Assembly: GCF_018977255.1 (NCBI RefSeq)
Contig: NW_024704743.1
Coordinates: 96,474,001 to 96,538,000, forward strand
Reading direction: 5' to 3'
DNA: 64,000 nt
DNA from: Callorhinchus milii
Taxonomy: Eukaryota
Below are positions 24,301-37,152 of this stretch, one piece after another (positions within the stretch are counted from its first letter, which is position 1; every line of letters begins with the position of its first letter). A model generated the notes under the pieces. It was not told the origin of the DNA and searched no databases. It was given only the letters and a program-made list of their open reading frames with translations. The translations under genes and the position numbers were made by a program.

Positions 24301-25725
24301 AAAGGTGGAAGATTTACAAATGTACAGCATTCTGTAAATTTTAGAATGGTTCCATAGGTTGTGGAGGCTACAGAAACAAAACGAGGTTTTGTACTGTTTC
24401 CCGGCAACTGTAATGTGTTTTATTACAAGTAGTACAAGTAGAATTAAGATTCAAAACGTTACAAATTATGCTGAAAACTGAGTTGGAGTGAGATTTATAG
24501 TTATAAACAATGCTATATTGCTGCTCAAACCTGTTTTCAGATTTTGGAATCTGCAACAAAGTTGATATTGATGAAATGTGTTCACTGTGCTTTTCCCCTT
24601 TTCCAGCATGGCGTTTCACAGGAAGACTTTATTCGAGGAAGCCGGGAAAAAAATGTCAGGGATGTGATATTTGATGTAGCGAGTCAGGCTCATGTTCATC
24701 TTCAACATGTATGTGTTTTATTTAAAATGGAAGAATGATTTCTCTGATGTTTAATCGGGCTTGAAAATAATTTTAATGCACTGCAGTTTCTAAAATGGCA
24801 AAACATTTACAAATCATTGCAAAACATCTTTAGCTTTTTTTCTGCCTTGGAAACAAATGACACTTTTGAGAGAAAAAATGGGGTTATGATTAGGGTTAAG
24901 AGAAATTGGTTAATAAGACTGAAGTAAAATTCTTAGTTCTTTTGCTAATTGTTAGACTGCTTCTGAATTACTAACTGCTGATGATGTATTTTACTTAGGC
25001 AAGGTCATTCTGCAAAGATGTCCCTTTGAAAGCGCACCCTGCATTTTTGCAAACGGTAAGATTGTTTTAAAAACATGCTTTTCATATGCTTCAACCGTGC
25101 CTTCAGCTCCCCTCTCGACTCTCTACCCCCTCCTCGCTCCCTCCCTTCCCTCCTCTCACCCTGACCAGTTCCCCCCTGCTCGGGTCCCGACCCAATTGTC
25201 CAGCGCCTTGGGACGTCCTCCCGACATGAAAGGCGCTCTATAAATGCAATCTTGTTGTTGTTTTGTTGTTTTATAGGTTTACGTGTTTATCAATGGCCCA
25301 TCGGTAGAAGAGCTTTCAGCTATTTGGCATCATTCTTTTATTATTATATTATTATTATCATTCTGCAGAACTCTACGTAAATCCCTAATGCTTTGCTCCC
25401 TCCCTCTAGGCTTTTAAAACCCTGATTAGCTGGGACTTAGACCACCCCCTGCTTACCTCCTCCATCGCCATTGCGCACCTTTCTTGGGCTCCCAAGTCTT
25501 CCCTGTTAAGCACTTTGACACATTCTCTATTTAAAAAATGCTGGATAATAGATAAGTGCAAATTATTGTTGTAACTTTTATGAACTTTCTTTTTAGGTTG
25601 TTCTGGACAGATATTTGAACAGAATTCGCAAAGTGGATTTTGATGTATTCCATCCTAGTCTACAGAAGAGGAATTCAATGCTTTCCTTCTCTTTGTACAT
25701 AAGATCCTGGAAGAAAACCTATTAA
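12194..25725 (+). CDS. NDUFAF6: NDUFAF6 complete gene, 9 coding exons, 306 aa, mitochondrial complex I assembly factor (squalene/phytoene synthase-like fold)
   Basis: Exons of 116+100+123+57+103+134+102+57+129 = 921 nt splice in frame from ATG to TAA; the protein matches NDUFAF6 as I recall it (YCLQLVRNRDYEG...[18 protein letters not shown]...[25 protein letters not shown]...SWKKTY*). Confidence 0.97.
12880..13040 (+). repeat. ~24-bp G-rich minisatellite in NDUFAF6 intron 1
   Basis: Repeated CC(A/G)AGA(C/T)GGGG...GAGTGGGG units. Confidence 0.75.
13530..13629 (+). CDS. NDUFAF6: NDUFAF6 exon 2
   Basis: [33 protein letters not shown]; acceptor aaatag; non-canonical donor CAG|gcaagt. Confidence 0.95.
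14126..14443 (+). mobile_element. tRNA(Ala)-headed SINE, short form
   Basis: Near-identical to 52140-52466. Confidence 0.9.
15843..15965 (+). CDS. NDUFAF6: NDUFAF6 exon 3
   Basis: [41 protein letters not shown]; ag/gt boundaries. Confidence 0.96.
17357..17413 (+). CDS. NDUFAF6: NDUFAF6 exon 4
   Basis: [19 protein letters not shown]; taatag| and |gtaagt. Confidence 0.95.
18006..18108 (+). CDS. NDUFAF6: NDUFAF6 exon 5
   Basis: [34 protein letters not shown](G); ttttag| and |gtacgt. Confidence 0.96.
19137..19270 (+). CDS. NDUFAF6: NDUFAF6 exon 6
   Basis: (G)[44 protein letters not shown]; gacag| and |gtaact. Confidence 0.96.
20281..20294 (+). promoter_or_regulatory. CTCF motif match
   Basis: CCACCAGATGGCAG fits the CTCF core consensus; TGCAGT 15 bp upstream. 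Confidence 0.55.
20612..23375 (+). mobile_element. CR1 LINE with intact 5' and 3' ends, internally deleted, carrying an L2 filler; TSD TAACT
   Basis: CpG-rich 5'UTR; ORF1 zinc finger/leucine zipper (CDDC...CSKC...[10 protein letters not shown]); ORF2 RT motifs ([43 protein letters not shown]) with stops; CR1 3'UTR; TAACT at 20607-20611 and 23376-23380. Confidence 0.92.
24607..24708 (+). CDS. NDUFAF6: NDUFAF6 exon 7
   Basis: [34 protein letters not shown]; ttccag| and |gtatgt. Confidence 0.96.
24999..25055 (+). CDS. NDUFAF6: NDUFAF6 exon 8
   Basis: [19 protein letters not shown]; acttag| and |gtaaga; consensus branch point TACTAAC at 24969-24975. Confidence 0.94.
25597..25725 (+). CDS. NDUFAF6: NDUFAF6 exon 9 (terminal coding exon)
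   Basis: [42 protein letters not shown]; tttttag acceptor; TAA at 25723-25725. Confidence 0.95.
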   Translation, partial: VVLDRYLNRIRKVDFDVFHPSLQKRNSMLSFSLYIRSWKKTY

Positions 25726-25733
25726 TATTTAAT

Positions 25734-25739
25734 AATAAA
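25734..25739 (+). terminator. Candidate polyadenylation signal AATAAA for NDUFAF6 (a second one at 26244-26249)
   Basis: AATAAA 8 nt after the stop codon, with T/GT-rich sequence downstream. Confidence 0.45.
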
Positions 25740-26945
25740 CTGACTTATCATTGGAAAATTTAACTGTGTTTGTCACTAAAGAGTTAGAAAGTTTCTCTTT
25801 GGGGAATTGCATGACACTGTGAATTAGCACAAAGCCCTTTCAAGTCTGCGACCAAAGAAATATAACAAACCAATGAGGAAATTCTCTATTCTGACAGTTC
25901 CTGAGGGTGTCAAATGCATGTGAAGCAGTTTCTGTCAGTTTTTAGTAGGCACTAGCCTACAGCACAAAACTGCCCATAGTTCAGCATGAACTGTTGCTAA
26001 TTTGGAAATCTGACTTGGCTGGGTCAAAAAGATAGTTGGTGGGTGAAATGTGAATTTTACAGAAGTTCAACAGGGCTGGTTCCGAAGTTGTAAGTGAGGC
26101 AAGTTGTTGAGGGTCGTGTGGATGCAGTTTTATTTTATATCTGGCCATGGTAAGCCCAACTTGCATGCTGGATGCTGGTTTAAAAAAAAGTGAAAATAAG
26201 CTTCCATTTGCCACCTCTATTATCCTTCACCTTGATGAGCATAAATAAAACCTTAAATATGTACCCCTCGGCTTCTGTTAACCTTGTAAATCAAAAGCCT
26301 AATGGGTAGTATTTGCGGCAAGCTATGAGGTTTCTGCTGGTTAAACTCCAGCTGTACCCCAATGCACACTCAGGTTCCTGTGAATATGGTGCATCTCTCG
26401 AGGGAGAGATGGTCCACACATAAAAGGCACGGAAATTTCCGTGTATATATGGAATTAATAGTAGTTTGGTTTGGAGACATGGTGATGGGTTTCCATATGT
26501 GTCAAGACACCAGCTGACCAAAAAATCCTAATCTCTTGACTGTGCTGCTGCTCTTCTGATTTTGCTCACCTGCTTGCTTCTCACTCCCTCCAACCCACCA
26601 TTATGGCACTGCTGATGACAGCACAACCAAGGCTGGCTCATCAGTCAGAACCGTAATCCCTCCAAAAAAAACCACTCAATCCGCAACTGTTTGTAGGACA
26701 CTGCTGTATTCAAATGTCTGCCGTGTTTCACCCAGAAAATACACAGTCAATTCACTTTACAATATATTTTCTGAAGCTCTTTGAGATGTCTCAATGACAA
26801 ATGCAAGATTTTTTTGTAGATCTCGATAAAATCAGAACAATGGAAAAGTACAGGATCTGTTTTGGAAGATACTAAAGGTCTAAAGGAACTAACAGTCAAA
26901 ATTAAGATAAATATGTCCAGTCAGGGAAAGCAAGCTCCTATGTGT

Positions 26946-27293
26946 AATAATAATAATAATAATAATCCTTGCATTTGTTATAGTGCTTTTCACGTTGGGA
27001 GGATGTCCCAAAGCGCTTCACAGAACACACTGCAGAGTGAATTGACTGTATATTTGTGGGCGAACGCGGCAGCCAATTGCGCACAGCAATGTCCCACAAA
27101 CAGTCGTGGATTGGAAATGACCAATTTATTATTGTTTTTTTTTTTGGAGGGATTATTATTAGGCGTGTGGAGTAAGGAAACTTGCCCAAGGTTTCCCCCT
27201 GCCTGGAATTGAACTCCGGTCTCTCGCTTGCAAAGCGAGTGCTCTCACCACTGAGCTACAGGACTCCACTAAACTGAGCTACAGGACTCCACT
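26946..27293 (-). mobile_element. tRNA(Ala)-headed SINE, short form, duplicated 5' end
   Basis: Reverse complement of the 52140 family; possible TSD TGTGTA. Confidence 0.9.
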
Positions 27294-28899
27294 GTGTAGC
27301 TATTAATATCCAGTTGAATCTGTTTTCTGTTTTAGTTTTATCCACCTTTTCTCTCATTTGTTTTAGGTCAATTAAATCTGATGCTTAAAAGAGAATTCAA
27401 GTGATATAGGACATTTCCTCCATAATCTACAATCCTTAACTCACCTCCTCCTTCATTCCTCTCCTAGCCTGTTTTCATTTTTGTGTCTTCTGAAGCCCCC
27501 TAAAATTCTTCCAGCCTAATCATAGGCTGGAAACCTTCTGTTTCACACCTGAATTATTTAGCCACAACAAATTTCCCCCAATTCTTTCCCAAACTATTAC
27601 TGCCATTTCCTTAGCCATTTTCCAAGTCTACCCTTAAAACAATAAAAGAACCCCCTCTCCCTACCCCTCACGCAAACATGCCATTGTAAAATAAAACCCA
27701 TAAGAGACTATATATTTCAACCACCTTAAGTCTGCTCCACAACAATAGCCGATAACTTGTATTCCTACTTTTGTTAATGATTAAATTAAGGCAATAATTT
27801 AAAATTAAAAATAATTTAATCTCGCACTTCCCACATAACTGTTTTTCTCCCTTCTCATTTCATCATTTCTCTTTATTTTCATTGCCAGCTGGCATTTCCA
27901 GTTACAGATTTGCTATTTCCCTCAGGGAGCTTCTCTTCAGTATGCTCCATTTCACCCTTCACTGATGCTGTTCTAACATTTCAGAGTACTCGCAAATTTT
28001 TCAATTCTTTTCCTCAAATTGTAAAAAGTCTTACACTTCCCTCACTGTAAGAAACTGCCTCTGAACCTGGGGGTTGACAACCTTTTAAGTACAGCAATTA
28101 CAACATTGTGTGCGAAAAGATGTCTGTTGCTTACAGGGATGCAGTCAGGGGCTCAAATTCTTGTGTTTAGGAGCATTGCTAATGAGTCTATACATGGAGA
28201 TAAATTGACCCCAGAAGCATAAATTTCTTTGTTTTCCCTAACCCACACAACCACTATATTCCATTGTTCAATACTTTCTTCACTCATGGGACTCTCATTC
28301 TAGCAAGTGAATACAACCAGGGTCATGTCCCTCCAGGAGCTTTCTGAGCTGATCTTTCTACTCACGTTACATAAAACATTATGTACAGACTTCAGTTGTT
28401 TTTTCATTGTCAAGAGCCGTGTTCCAATTTTTGTGTTTCTTAATGGGATTCTTTCATAAGGCATTGTCCTAAAATTAAAAGCAAATAATCGTTACATTTG
28501 ATATAGCACCTTTCACATAGGGAAGACATCTCAAATCGCTTCACAGAATATACTGTAAACTGTAATGACTATTTTATAGGCAAATATGTCAGTTAATTTG
28601 CACAGAGCAGTGTCCCACTCCAGATGAAGTGAAGCTGCTCACCTCCTTGTTCAGATGAACAATTTCAGGTATCTCCTTATGGTGGGCAAAATGTTTTGAT
28701 TTCGGCCTTATCCTGGACGCTTACAAAGTACTGATTCAATTCAAAGAACAAATAGCAGTTGGGTTTGGGACAGTGATCATGGAACATCTTAAACCTTTAG
28801 CAGATCATCAGGAGGTTGTTTTCCAAATTTCTCCCAGATATAATAGATCCATTGTTGTCTGCATGTGACAGTGTTTTTTTTTACGAATATACACATAAT

Positions 28900-29267
28900 G
28901 AAATAATCCTTGCATTTGATTTAGTACCTTATCATGCCTTTGAGGCGTCTCAAAGCACTTCACAGAATATACTGTAAAGGGAATTGATTATATTTTGTGG
29001 GATAAATACGGCAGCCAACCTCACACAGTAGTGCCCACAAATAGTTGTGGATTGAGCGACCAAATTATTATTATTTTTGAATGGATTATTACCTCTGGAA
29101 AAGCGATCCGACAATCAAGTGACAACTGGGTTCCTACTTTTACTGCTAGGTAAGCAGCGGTGTGTGGAGTAAGGAAACTTGCCCAACGTTTCACCCTGCT
29201 GGGAATCAAACCTAGGTCTTCTCGCTTGTGAGGCGAGCATGCTAACCACTGAGCTACAGCACTCCAC
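28900..29267 (-). mobile_element. tRNA-headed SINE, long form
   Basis: Reverse complement of the 49570 family. Confidence 0.86.
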
Positions 29268-29317
29268 AGATGATGAAATGAGAAGCTGTACAAGGCTGCA
29301 GGTGGTCTGTCAGCATT

Positions 29318-29595
29318 TCACAAATACACATCTGAAGTCTGTAAAATCATATGACAGCAGAGGGGAGAGTTACGCTGGAAGACAGGCTGCCGGAAGAGCA
29401 TGTCGGTGCAGCCTCGACACAAACACAGGATTCGCAGAGCAACAACAGCACAGTTTTGCTCAAATCCTGACAAATCACACACTTTTTCCTCTCCTGTTCC
29501 TTCAGCAGTATCCACTGGTCATTCTCTCCGGCTGCTTTCCCACTATCCCCCTCCTCCTCGCTGCCTCCTCCCTTCATTCCCGGCTGCACATACAC
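29318..29595 (-). pseudogene. RNF26: RNF26 C-terminal RING-domain pseudogene fragment
   Basis: Two frames join to [67 protein letters not shown], matching the RNF26 C-terminus as I recall it; 1-nt frameshift near 29433, His->Ile and Cys->Ser zinc-ligand losses, 5' truncated. Confidence 0.88.
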
Positions 29596-31084
29596 ACATA
29601 TAGAACCTTTACAGTTTGGGGATTTTTAAAAATATTGTCACAACCCATCACCATTTTAAAAACCTCTATCGGGTCCTCTTCAAACTTCTCTTTTCCAATG
29701 AAAATACCTTTAGTTTCTCTGTGAGGAATTTCAGGTTTTAAGGAAACACTTCCAAGGTTCCTTTAGGGAAGAAATTAATCTTTTGGGAATAGTTTGATAA
29801 AACATTAAGAAAACTTAAAAGTTACCCAAGGGATTGTCTACTCTGAGGTATTGCTTTAAATGAAAGCAAATTTCCTTCAGGAATCAAACTACAGTAAATT
29901 CTAGATAACTCGATCCTGGCTTACCGTCAATATCCTGTCTGCTTCCAATATAACGGACATTGCTTTGCTCATTATTCTACTTAACATTGTAGAAAGTACT
30001 TATAATGTAAATTGATCGGATGAGTCATCATATAAGATGGCGTCTTGCATTGCAAAGGCCTCCTGTCCTATCCTGTGACTGTTGTGGGCGCTTGGCGGAA
30101 TTTGGACATACATGCTCAGATGCATGACAGAGGCTTCTGGTCTGTTGGCCTACCGCCCTATCCTGTGACTGGGGTGAGGGCTTGGTGGAGATTAGGTGGA
30201 CATGCTCAGATGTGGTGTCCGCAATGAGTGGGTGCTGGCTGAGTGAGAGTGGACCTGGGAATGGACCTGGGAGCATAAGGTGAGAACCTATTACTAACTC
30301 ATTACATCAAATAAATCATCACTGGGCCCTTTTCCTTGGAATGATGAGTTATCCAGAGTTTACTGTATCTTGTAAACATGATTCAAAATGACAGAGCAGG
30401 AAACCTACAGGTAGTAGCGAGAAAGTTAACACTGTTATTACTTTAACAACTGAACAGTAACTTTTCAGGTACTATATATTCGTTCCTACTTTTACTTCTT
30501 AAAGGACATAGTTTGCTTAAACGTTTCAAGGTTAGTTACTTTTCAATTCGTATTTATAATAATCCTTCCAACACTGTTCCAATTCCCACTTCAGCTGAAT
30601 AATAATCCTCCTGTGTTTTATCAATCATCAGTAAGATGTCTGCCTGTCAATGAATTATGCATTCTTTCCTTTTGTGGGTTCAAAAGATTCAAAACTCTTG
30701 CAATGTTTTTCAGGATCAAATATCCACTGTTATTAAAGAATTTATATTCTAGGTGTAGAGACTCTTACAAATGCCGAGTACTTTAGGATTAAGGGTTTGT
30801 CAAAACTTTTATAGTCAAGATGATCTTGGATCTGCTGCTAACTGATTTCAATGACTCACATCTGTAACTCTTGAATGTTGGGATTCCATTTTATGAACTA
30901 TACAAAGATCAGGTTTGTAAATTCAATGTGCAGCTTGGGAGACAGTTTTGTTGATTGAGGATGAAAGAATTGGTCAAAGCCTTGATTAACCGACAACACG
31001 CAATAAACCCCTGCATCAGATGTCAAGGAATTCTACAGATTTGAGAAATAATTCATTTGATTCAAGTGATTCAAATCTTCAGCT

Positions 31085-31670
31085 ATGATGAGCCTCCATT
31101 TCTTGGAACTAAGCATGGAAACCATCCTCCTTGGCTCCTGTCAACATTTCCTCCCTTCCTGCTCTGAGCTTCTAAACCTCCCTGGCATCCCTCTCACACT
31201 CAATGAACTAATGCTCAACCATAGCATTCTGTTCCTTCATCACACTTATTCCCAAAACAGGATTGCTTTTCTTCACCTTTGCTCCATTGCCCACCATTGT
31301 CCCTATCTCACACAAAACGTTACTGAAACCCTCATTCATGCCTTTGTTACCTCCAATCTCGAGTTCTCTAATGCACCCATCGATCTCTCTAGTACCACCT
31401 TTTACAGGATCCAGCTCATTCAAAATTCTGCCACATGCATCCCCATCACTCGAGTCCTTGGTAAGCTCCACTGTCTTCCAACAGATCAATTTCAAGATCT
31501 TCACTCTAACTTAAAAAATTCCTTCACACCTCCCTATCTCTATGATTTTCTCCCACCACACTTTTCTGCTTGTCCCCTCTACAAGGCAAACTGAAGCCTG
31601 TTGCATGTTCCCCACACTCTGACCATCTGAGGCTGAGCCTCAGCAACTGTGCCTCTATCCTTTGGAACTG
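31085..31670 (+). mobile_element. Old L2 LINE fragment
   Basis: ETLIHAFVTSNLEFSNA...IQLIQNSA...KLHCLP. Confidence 0.78.
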
Positions 31671-31859
31671 CCTTTAGTTGTGGAGTCCTGTAGCTCAGTG
31701 GTTAGAGTATTCACCTCGCAAGCAAGAGGACCTGGGTTTGATTCCCAGGCAGGGCGAAAGATTAGGCAATTTTCCTCACTCCACAAACCTCTGTTTACAG
31801 TAAGTAGGAACTCGGTTGTTAGTCGAATGGCAGATCGCTTTTCCCGGGGTGAGTGCGAT

Positions 31860-34490
31860 TGAGTGTGCAGCCTTGGATGCTGATGCTGCCAGTGGCTGAG
31901 GTGTGGAGGCGCTAGTGCAAGCCAATCAGGAGGGACTCGGTCTTGCTGACGTTCAGTTAAAAAAAGTTGTCCCTCGTCCAGGACTTGATGTCAGACAGGC
32001 AGTCGGTCAGGACGCCAGTAGTCCTGGAGTTGAAGGTGGAGGCAGAGAGGTAGAGTTGGGTGTCATTTGCATACATGTGGAAATTTACCCCATGTCTGTG
32101 GATGATGGAGAGCATGTAGAGGGTGAAGAAGAGGGAACCGAGGACAGAGCCCTGAGGAACGCTGCATGAGATGGTGTGGGGGCTGGAGAAGAAGCAGTTT
32201 GCTGAGACGAAGTGGAGGCGGTGTGAAAAGTAGGACCTGAACCAGTCAAGGACAGAACCTTGAAGGTTGAGGTGGGAGGAGAGGTGGTGGAGGAGGATTG
32301 AATGGTCCACAGCATTAAAGCATTAAAGCATTAAAGGTGGCGGAGAGGAGGACGAGGAGGCAGAGGGAGCCCTGTTCACACATGGTCAGGATGTCGTTTG
32401 TGACCTTCCATGTGAGTAGCATGGAAACCTGGTTGGAGGGGCTCATGGAGTGAACTGGAAGAGAGGAAAGAACGAAGCTGAGAGGCAATGGCTCTTTCAA
32501 GGATCTTAAACAGAAGAAAGGTTGGAGATGGGCCGGTAGCTGGATAACTGTGATGGGTCAAGGGAAGGTTTCTTCAAGGTGGGAGTGATTGTGGCTGTTT
32601 TGAGAGGGGAAGAAACAGTGCCAGATGTCAGGGAGAGGTTGATGATGTCGGTGAGTAGTGGGGCAAGGAGATGGAGCTGGGATTTAAGGAGAGGGGTGGG
32701 GATGGGGTCCAGGGAGCAGGTGGTGGGCTTCATGGAGGATGTGATGGTGATGACAGAGGAGGGATGACAGGTTCAAAGGTGTGGAAGGAGGGATGGGTAA
32801 TGGTCAGAGTGTGGGGATAGAGGGTAGGGTGGATGTTGGGAGCACAGTGGCAGCTGAGCGGATTCTCTCAATTTTGGACTCAAGGAAGTCCAGCATTTTC
32901 TTGCAGTGGGAGTGGGAGGAAAGAATCTGTGAGGTGTGGCGGGGAGGGAGGAGGTGTCAGTTGGTGGTGGAGAACAGGAGCTTGGAGTAGAAGGACGATT
33001 TGGCTGAGGCGAGAGCAGAGCGGTAGGTTTTGATGTGGTCCAGCCAGATGTGCCAGTGGACTGTTAGACTGGATTTGAGCCAAGTGCGGTCGGCAGCCCA
33101 CATCTGGCCCTTGAGCGAGCGGAGGTGGCTGGTGAACCAGGGTGAGGATCGGGAATAGGAGGCAGTTTGGAAGGTGAGGGGGGCAAGGACGTTGAGTGTA
33201 GTGGAGAGGGTGCTGTGGAGGAGAGTAAACACAGAGAATGGGTTGGTGTGGGAGGTGGGCCAGAGGGGAAGGAGTTCAGAGGACTCCAGGGCAGCAGAGA
33301 GCGATTGTGGGGAGATCTTCTTCCACAGGTGGTAGAAGAAGGTGGTAAGCTTGGAGGCAGTGGGGAGAGTGATATGGGAGTTGAGGGAGATGATCATGGT
33401 CAGAGATAGTCTTTTCGGTGATGGTAACATCTGAGACACTGAGGCCCCAGGTCGAGCAGGTGGCCGTCAACGTGGGTAGCAGAGTGGACGTGGAAGGAAA
33501 GGTTGAGAGAGGAGAGGAGAGAGGAGAAGTCTGAGGAGGTGGAGCAAGAGGGGGTGAAGTGGAGGTTGAAGTCGCCTAGGATGATGAGGCGGTCGGAGCA
33601 GAGGCAGAGGGAAGCTAGAAGGGTGGAGATGTCAGAGATGAAGGTGGGGGAGGATTTTGGGGGGTGGTAAATTGGTAAATTAGGAGAATTTTTAGTGAGA
33701 GATGGGAGGGATGGCAGAGGGTAAGATGTTCAAAAGAGGGGAATGAGCCAATGGAGCAGGGGGATAGGGCAAGTGACGCCCTGGAGATGAGGGCCACACC
33801 ACTGCCACGGCGGTTGGATTGTGGGGCATGGTGGTAGGTATAGCCAGGTGAGGGGGGAAGGTGTCACCTGGGGTGATCCAGATTTCCATGAGGGCCATAA
33901 TATCAACGTTCTCATTGAGGATGAGATCACTGACGGCCAGGATTTTATTGCAGATGGAGCGGACGTTTTGAAGGCCAATGCAGAGTGGACAGTTGCCAGG
34001 GGGATGTGCGGGATGCGAGGGGGTAGTGGAGTGGTTGGCAGGGAGGGTGGGGATGCGGATGAGGGAGGAGAGATTAGCCCCTGGGGTCTGGGTCTAGGGT
34101 GGCTTGCGGCGGTAGTGGGGAATGTGGCTGCTGCAGGCAGCCAAAACTGAGTGCCACGATGAGCCCGGCAGAGGATTCCCAGGCTGGAGCAGAGGGAGGC
34201 ATTGAAGGGGTTAAGCAGAGATGGGAGGTGTGGAGGGTGGAAAGAGAGCAGGACAGAGCGGGAGAGTTGCAGGGAGAGGGGCGTTTTGAGGGAGGGCCAG
34301 CTCGGGTCAGGGGCAGCAGCCAAGATACGCACGCTAAGATGAGAGGCGGCGGATTAATGGGACATTGTCAACCTGCAGGAGGCTGTGGGGGCTAGAGATG
34401 GCGCAGAGGGGGGAGGGCGCTCATTGTGGTTAGCAATGAGCAGCCTGCAGGTTAAGGACAGGGGAGGGAAACAGACAGCGGATGGGAGGG
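31860..34490 (-). mobile_element. L2 LINE, 5' part with endonuclease and RT, 3' truncated, degenerate
   Basis: LGILCRAHRG N-terminus, APE-like region (MALMEIWI...), [37 protein letters not shown]; many frameshifts. Confidence 0.9.
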
Positions 34491-34514
34491 AGACACCAAT
34501 ATAATGCCACATAA

Positions 34515-35098
34515 GAGACAGAGTTGATACAGTTTATACGGATTTTCAAAAGGCATTTGATAAAGTGTCACATAAGAGACTTGTAAGCAAAATAGAAGCC
34601 CTTGGCATTAAAGTGACAGTGGCAGCATGGATACAGAACTGGCTGGGAGACAGAAAGCAGAGAATGGTGGTGAACGGTTATTTTTCTGACTGGAGGGAAG
34701 TGTCCAGTGGTGTCCCCCAGGGGTCAGTATTGGGACCACTGCTCTTTTTCATCTATATAAATGACCTGGACTTGGGAATAGGGGGTACAATTTCCCAAGT
34801 TTGCAGATGATACTAATCAAGGAAGAGTATTAAACGGTGAGGAGGGTAGGAGCAGACTGCAAGAGGACACAGACAGACTGGTAAAATGGGCTGACGCGTG
34901 GCAGATGAAGTTTAATATGGAGAAATGTGAAGTGATGTATTTTGGGAGGAAGAATGAGGAGAAGCAACATAAGCTAAATGGTACAATCTTAAAGGCGGTG
35001 AAGGAACAGAGCGATCTGGGGGTTTATATAAATCTTTGAAGGTGGCAGGACAGGTAGATAAAGCTGTTAAAAAGCATACGGGATAACTAGGCTATTTT
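34515..35098 (+). mobile_element. CR1 LINE RT fragment
   Basis: [16 protein letters not shown]...[21 protein letters not shown]...FADDT...WQMKFNMEKCEV. Confidence 0.88.
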
Positions 35099-35634
35099 TT
35101 CATCAGTGATGACCGTGGGATTTGGAGGTAAGATTTAGCCCTCACTGGATGGTTTATTTTGTTTTTTTCCCACCCAAACAAAGAACAAACGCATTTAATG
35201 AGCGCCTGAGCATTTTTGTAGAGTGGAAATGATTCCTATTACTGGAAGTGTGAGAAGACTGGTGCAACCATCAAATTATTACTATTCAGGACATGCTTTT
35301 GGGATAAAAGCTGTCACTGATGAATAACTGAGTTTGTGAAAATTCAAAAACTTGTTATTCTTTACATTAGCTGACTGTGGTTGTTCATTTTCTTTGTTTC
35401 TATGCCAATGGTTGTGCTCTACACTTGATTAACAGGCACAGGTTTAAATTTAGCTCAGTTAGTTATCAGACATGCTTCTTGATTATGGATTCAGGACTGC
35501 AGAGATATAATATTTTTTGCATTTGATGCAGTCTTTTGATAGCACATTAAACCAAAGACCCATCTGTCTGTTCTTCAAGAAGATAGTAAGGATACCATGA
35601 CACTATTCAAAAGGAGGTGTTTCTCCTGGTATGC

Positions 35635-35923
35635 GTGGAGTCCTGTAGCTCAGTGGTTAGAGCACTCGCCTTGCAAGCGAGACACCTGGGTTCAATTCCT
35701 GGCAGGGCGAAACCTTGGCCAAGTTTCTTTACTCCACACGCCTAATAATAATCCCTCCAAAACAAAACAATAATAAATTGGTCATTTTCAATCCACGACT
35801 GTTTGTGGGACATTGCCTGTGCGCAATTGGCTTTACAGTATATTCTGTAAAGCGCTTTGAGACGTCTAGAAGACATGAAAAGCGCTACATCAAATGCAAG
35901 GATTATTATTATTATTATTATTA
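35635..35923 (+). mobile_element. tRNA-headed SINE nested in an older Deu-domain SINE
   Basis: Host SINE reads ...tttctcctggtat | insertion | cctggccaatag... Confidence 0.88.
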
Positions 35924-37152
35924 TCCTGGCCAATAGTCCTCCACATTAATTGGTAATTCACCTTGCTGTGCCCAAATGGCTGCTGTTTTAAATACAAAAC
36001 ACAGTCACAACACTTTTTAATTTTGGTTAGCTTGGTGTCTAACACATGTGAAAACCCGTCACCATGCTTAGAGTATCCAAACCAACTAAGAGTTCTTTGT
36101 ATAAATGTCACCTATGCATAGAAATATTTCCCTGTGTCTGGAATGGAATGCATGCTCTCTTCCTGGAGGGATACATCCTGCTTACTCATTTCTGGAGAGT
36201 ATTAGGTGCAGGTTGGCAAGAGCCAAGACTTGGGGACCTCAGGGTTACATAGAATGATAAAGCCCAGAAGCAGGGCATTCAGCCCAACCAGTGTTTACGC
36301 TCCACACAAACCACCACCTGTCCTATTTCCCTCTTCTATAACTCCTCTATTCATTTTCCCCTCAGGAATACATCAAGCTTTCTCTTAAATACATTGATCC
36401 TTTTTGTTTCAGCCACAGCTTCCAGCTGTGAGTTCCACATTCTCAACATCCTCTGTGTGGTGAAGTTCCTCTAAATTCCCTGTTAGATCCACTGCTGACT
36501 TTTGTATATTTAGGCCCTATAGTTTTGGATTCACCAACAATTGGAAATAGCCTATCAAATTCCACTTTGCTGGATTCTGTCATAATCTTAAACACCTTCT
36601 ATCAGGTCCCCCCTCAATTGTCTCACCTCTTGCAAGAAAGCTGTAACCTCTTTCATCCTAGTTAATCTACTCTTTAATGCTACAATATCCTTCCTGTAAA
36701 AGTATCTTTAACTTAAATATAGAACTGTGATTTATTGTCAGCAACCCAACTGATAGGGAATCTGCAAAAGATCTCGGCATCCGTGAGATAAGGAGGGTAA
36801 AACCAGCCAGGGTTTTGGCAGATGATCGCTAAACAGTGAGCACTGTTGGAAAGTGGACATATAGGGTTGTTGAATGAGGACAGCATCACATTTGGCTGTG
36901 ATACCCCTTCCCCATGGTTTGAATAACACATGTAGTCTCGCACAATGAAGAATGATTGAATGGTCATTATTCATGGAACTGTAGCTCAGCATGAGTCAGT
37001 ATATTCAGGAGAGAAGGAGGCGGTTCGAATGGGCGGGGGGGGTGTTGCTATTGGAGAGTGGGGGGGAAATGAGGAAATCAAAAAGCCTGCATTCAATAAC
37101 ACTGACATTGCAACAACAGGGAATTATCTTTCTCTGGCAAGATAATACTGTT

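Noticed and set aside
30553..30786. Stop-free plus-strand frame of about 78 codons
   Set aside because: No convincing start or splice signals and no recognisable protein; compatible with chance
32311..32336. (AGCATTAA)3 tandem
   Set aside because: Simple slippage inside a dead L2 RT
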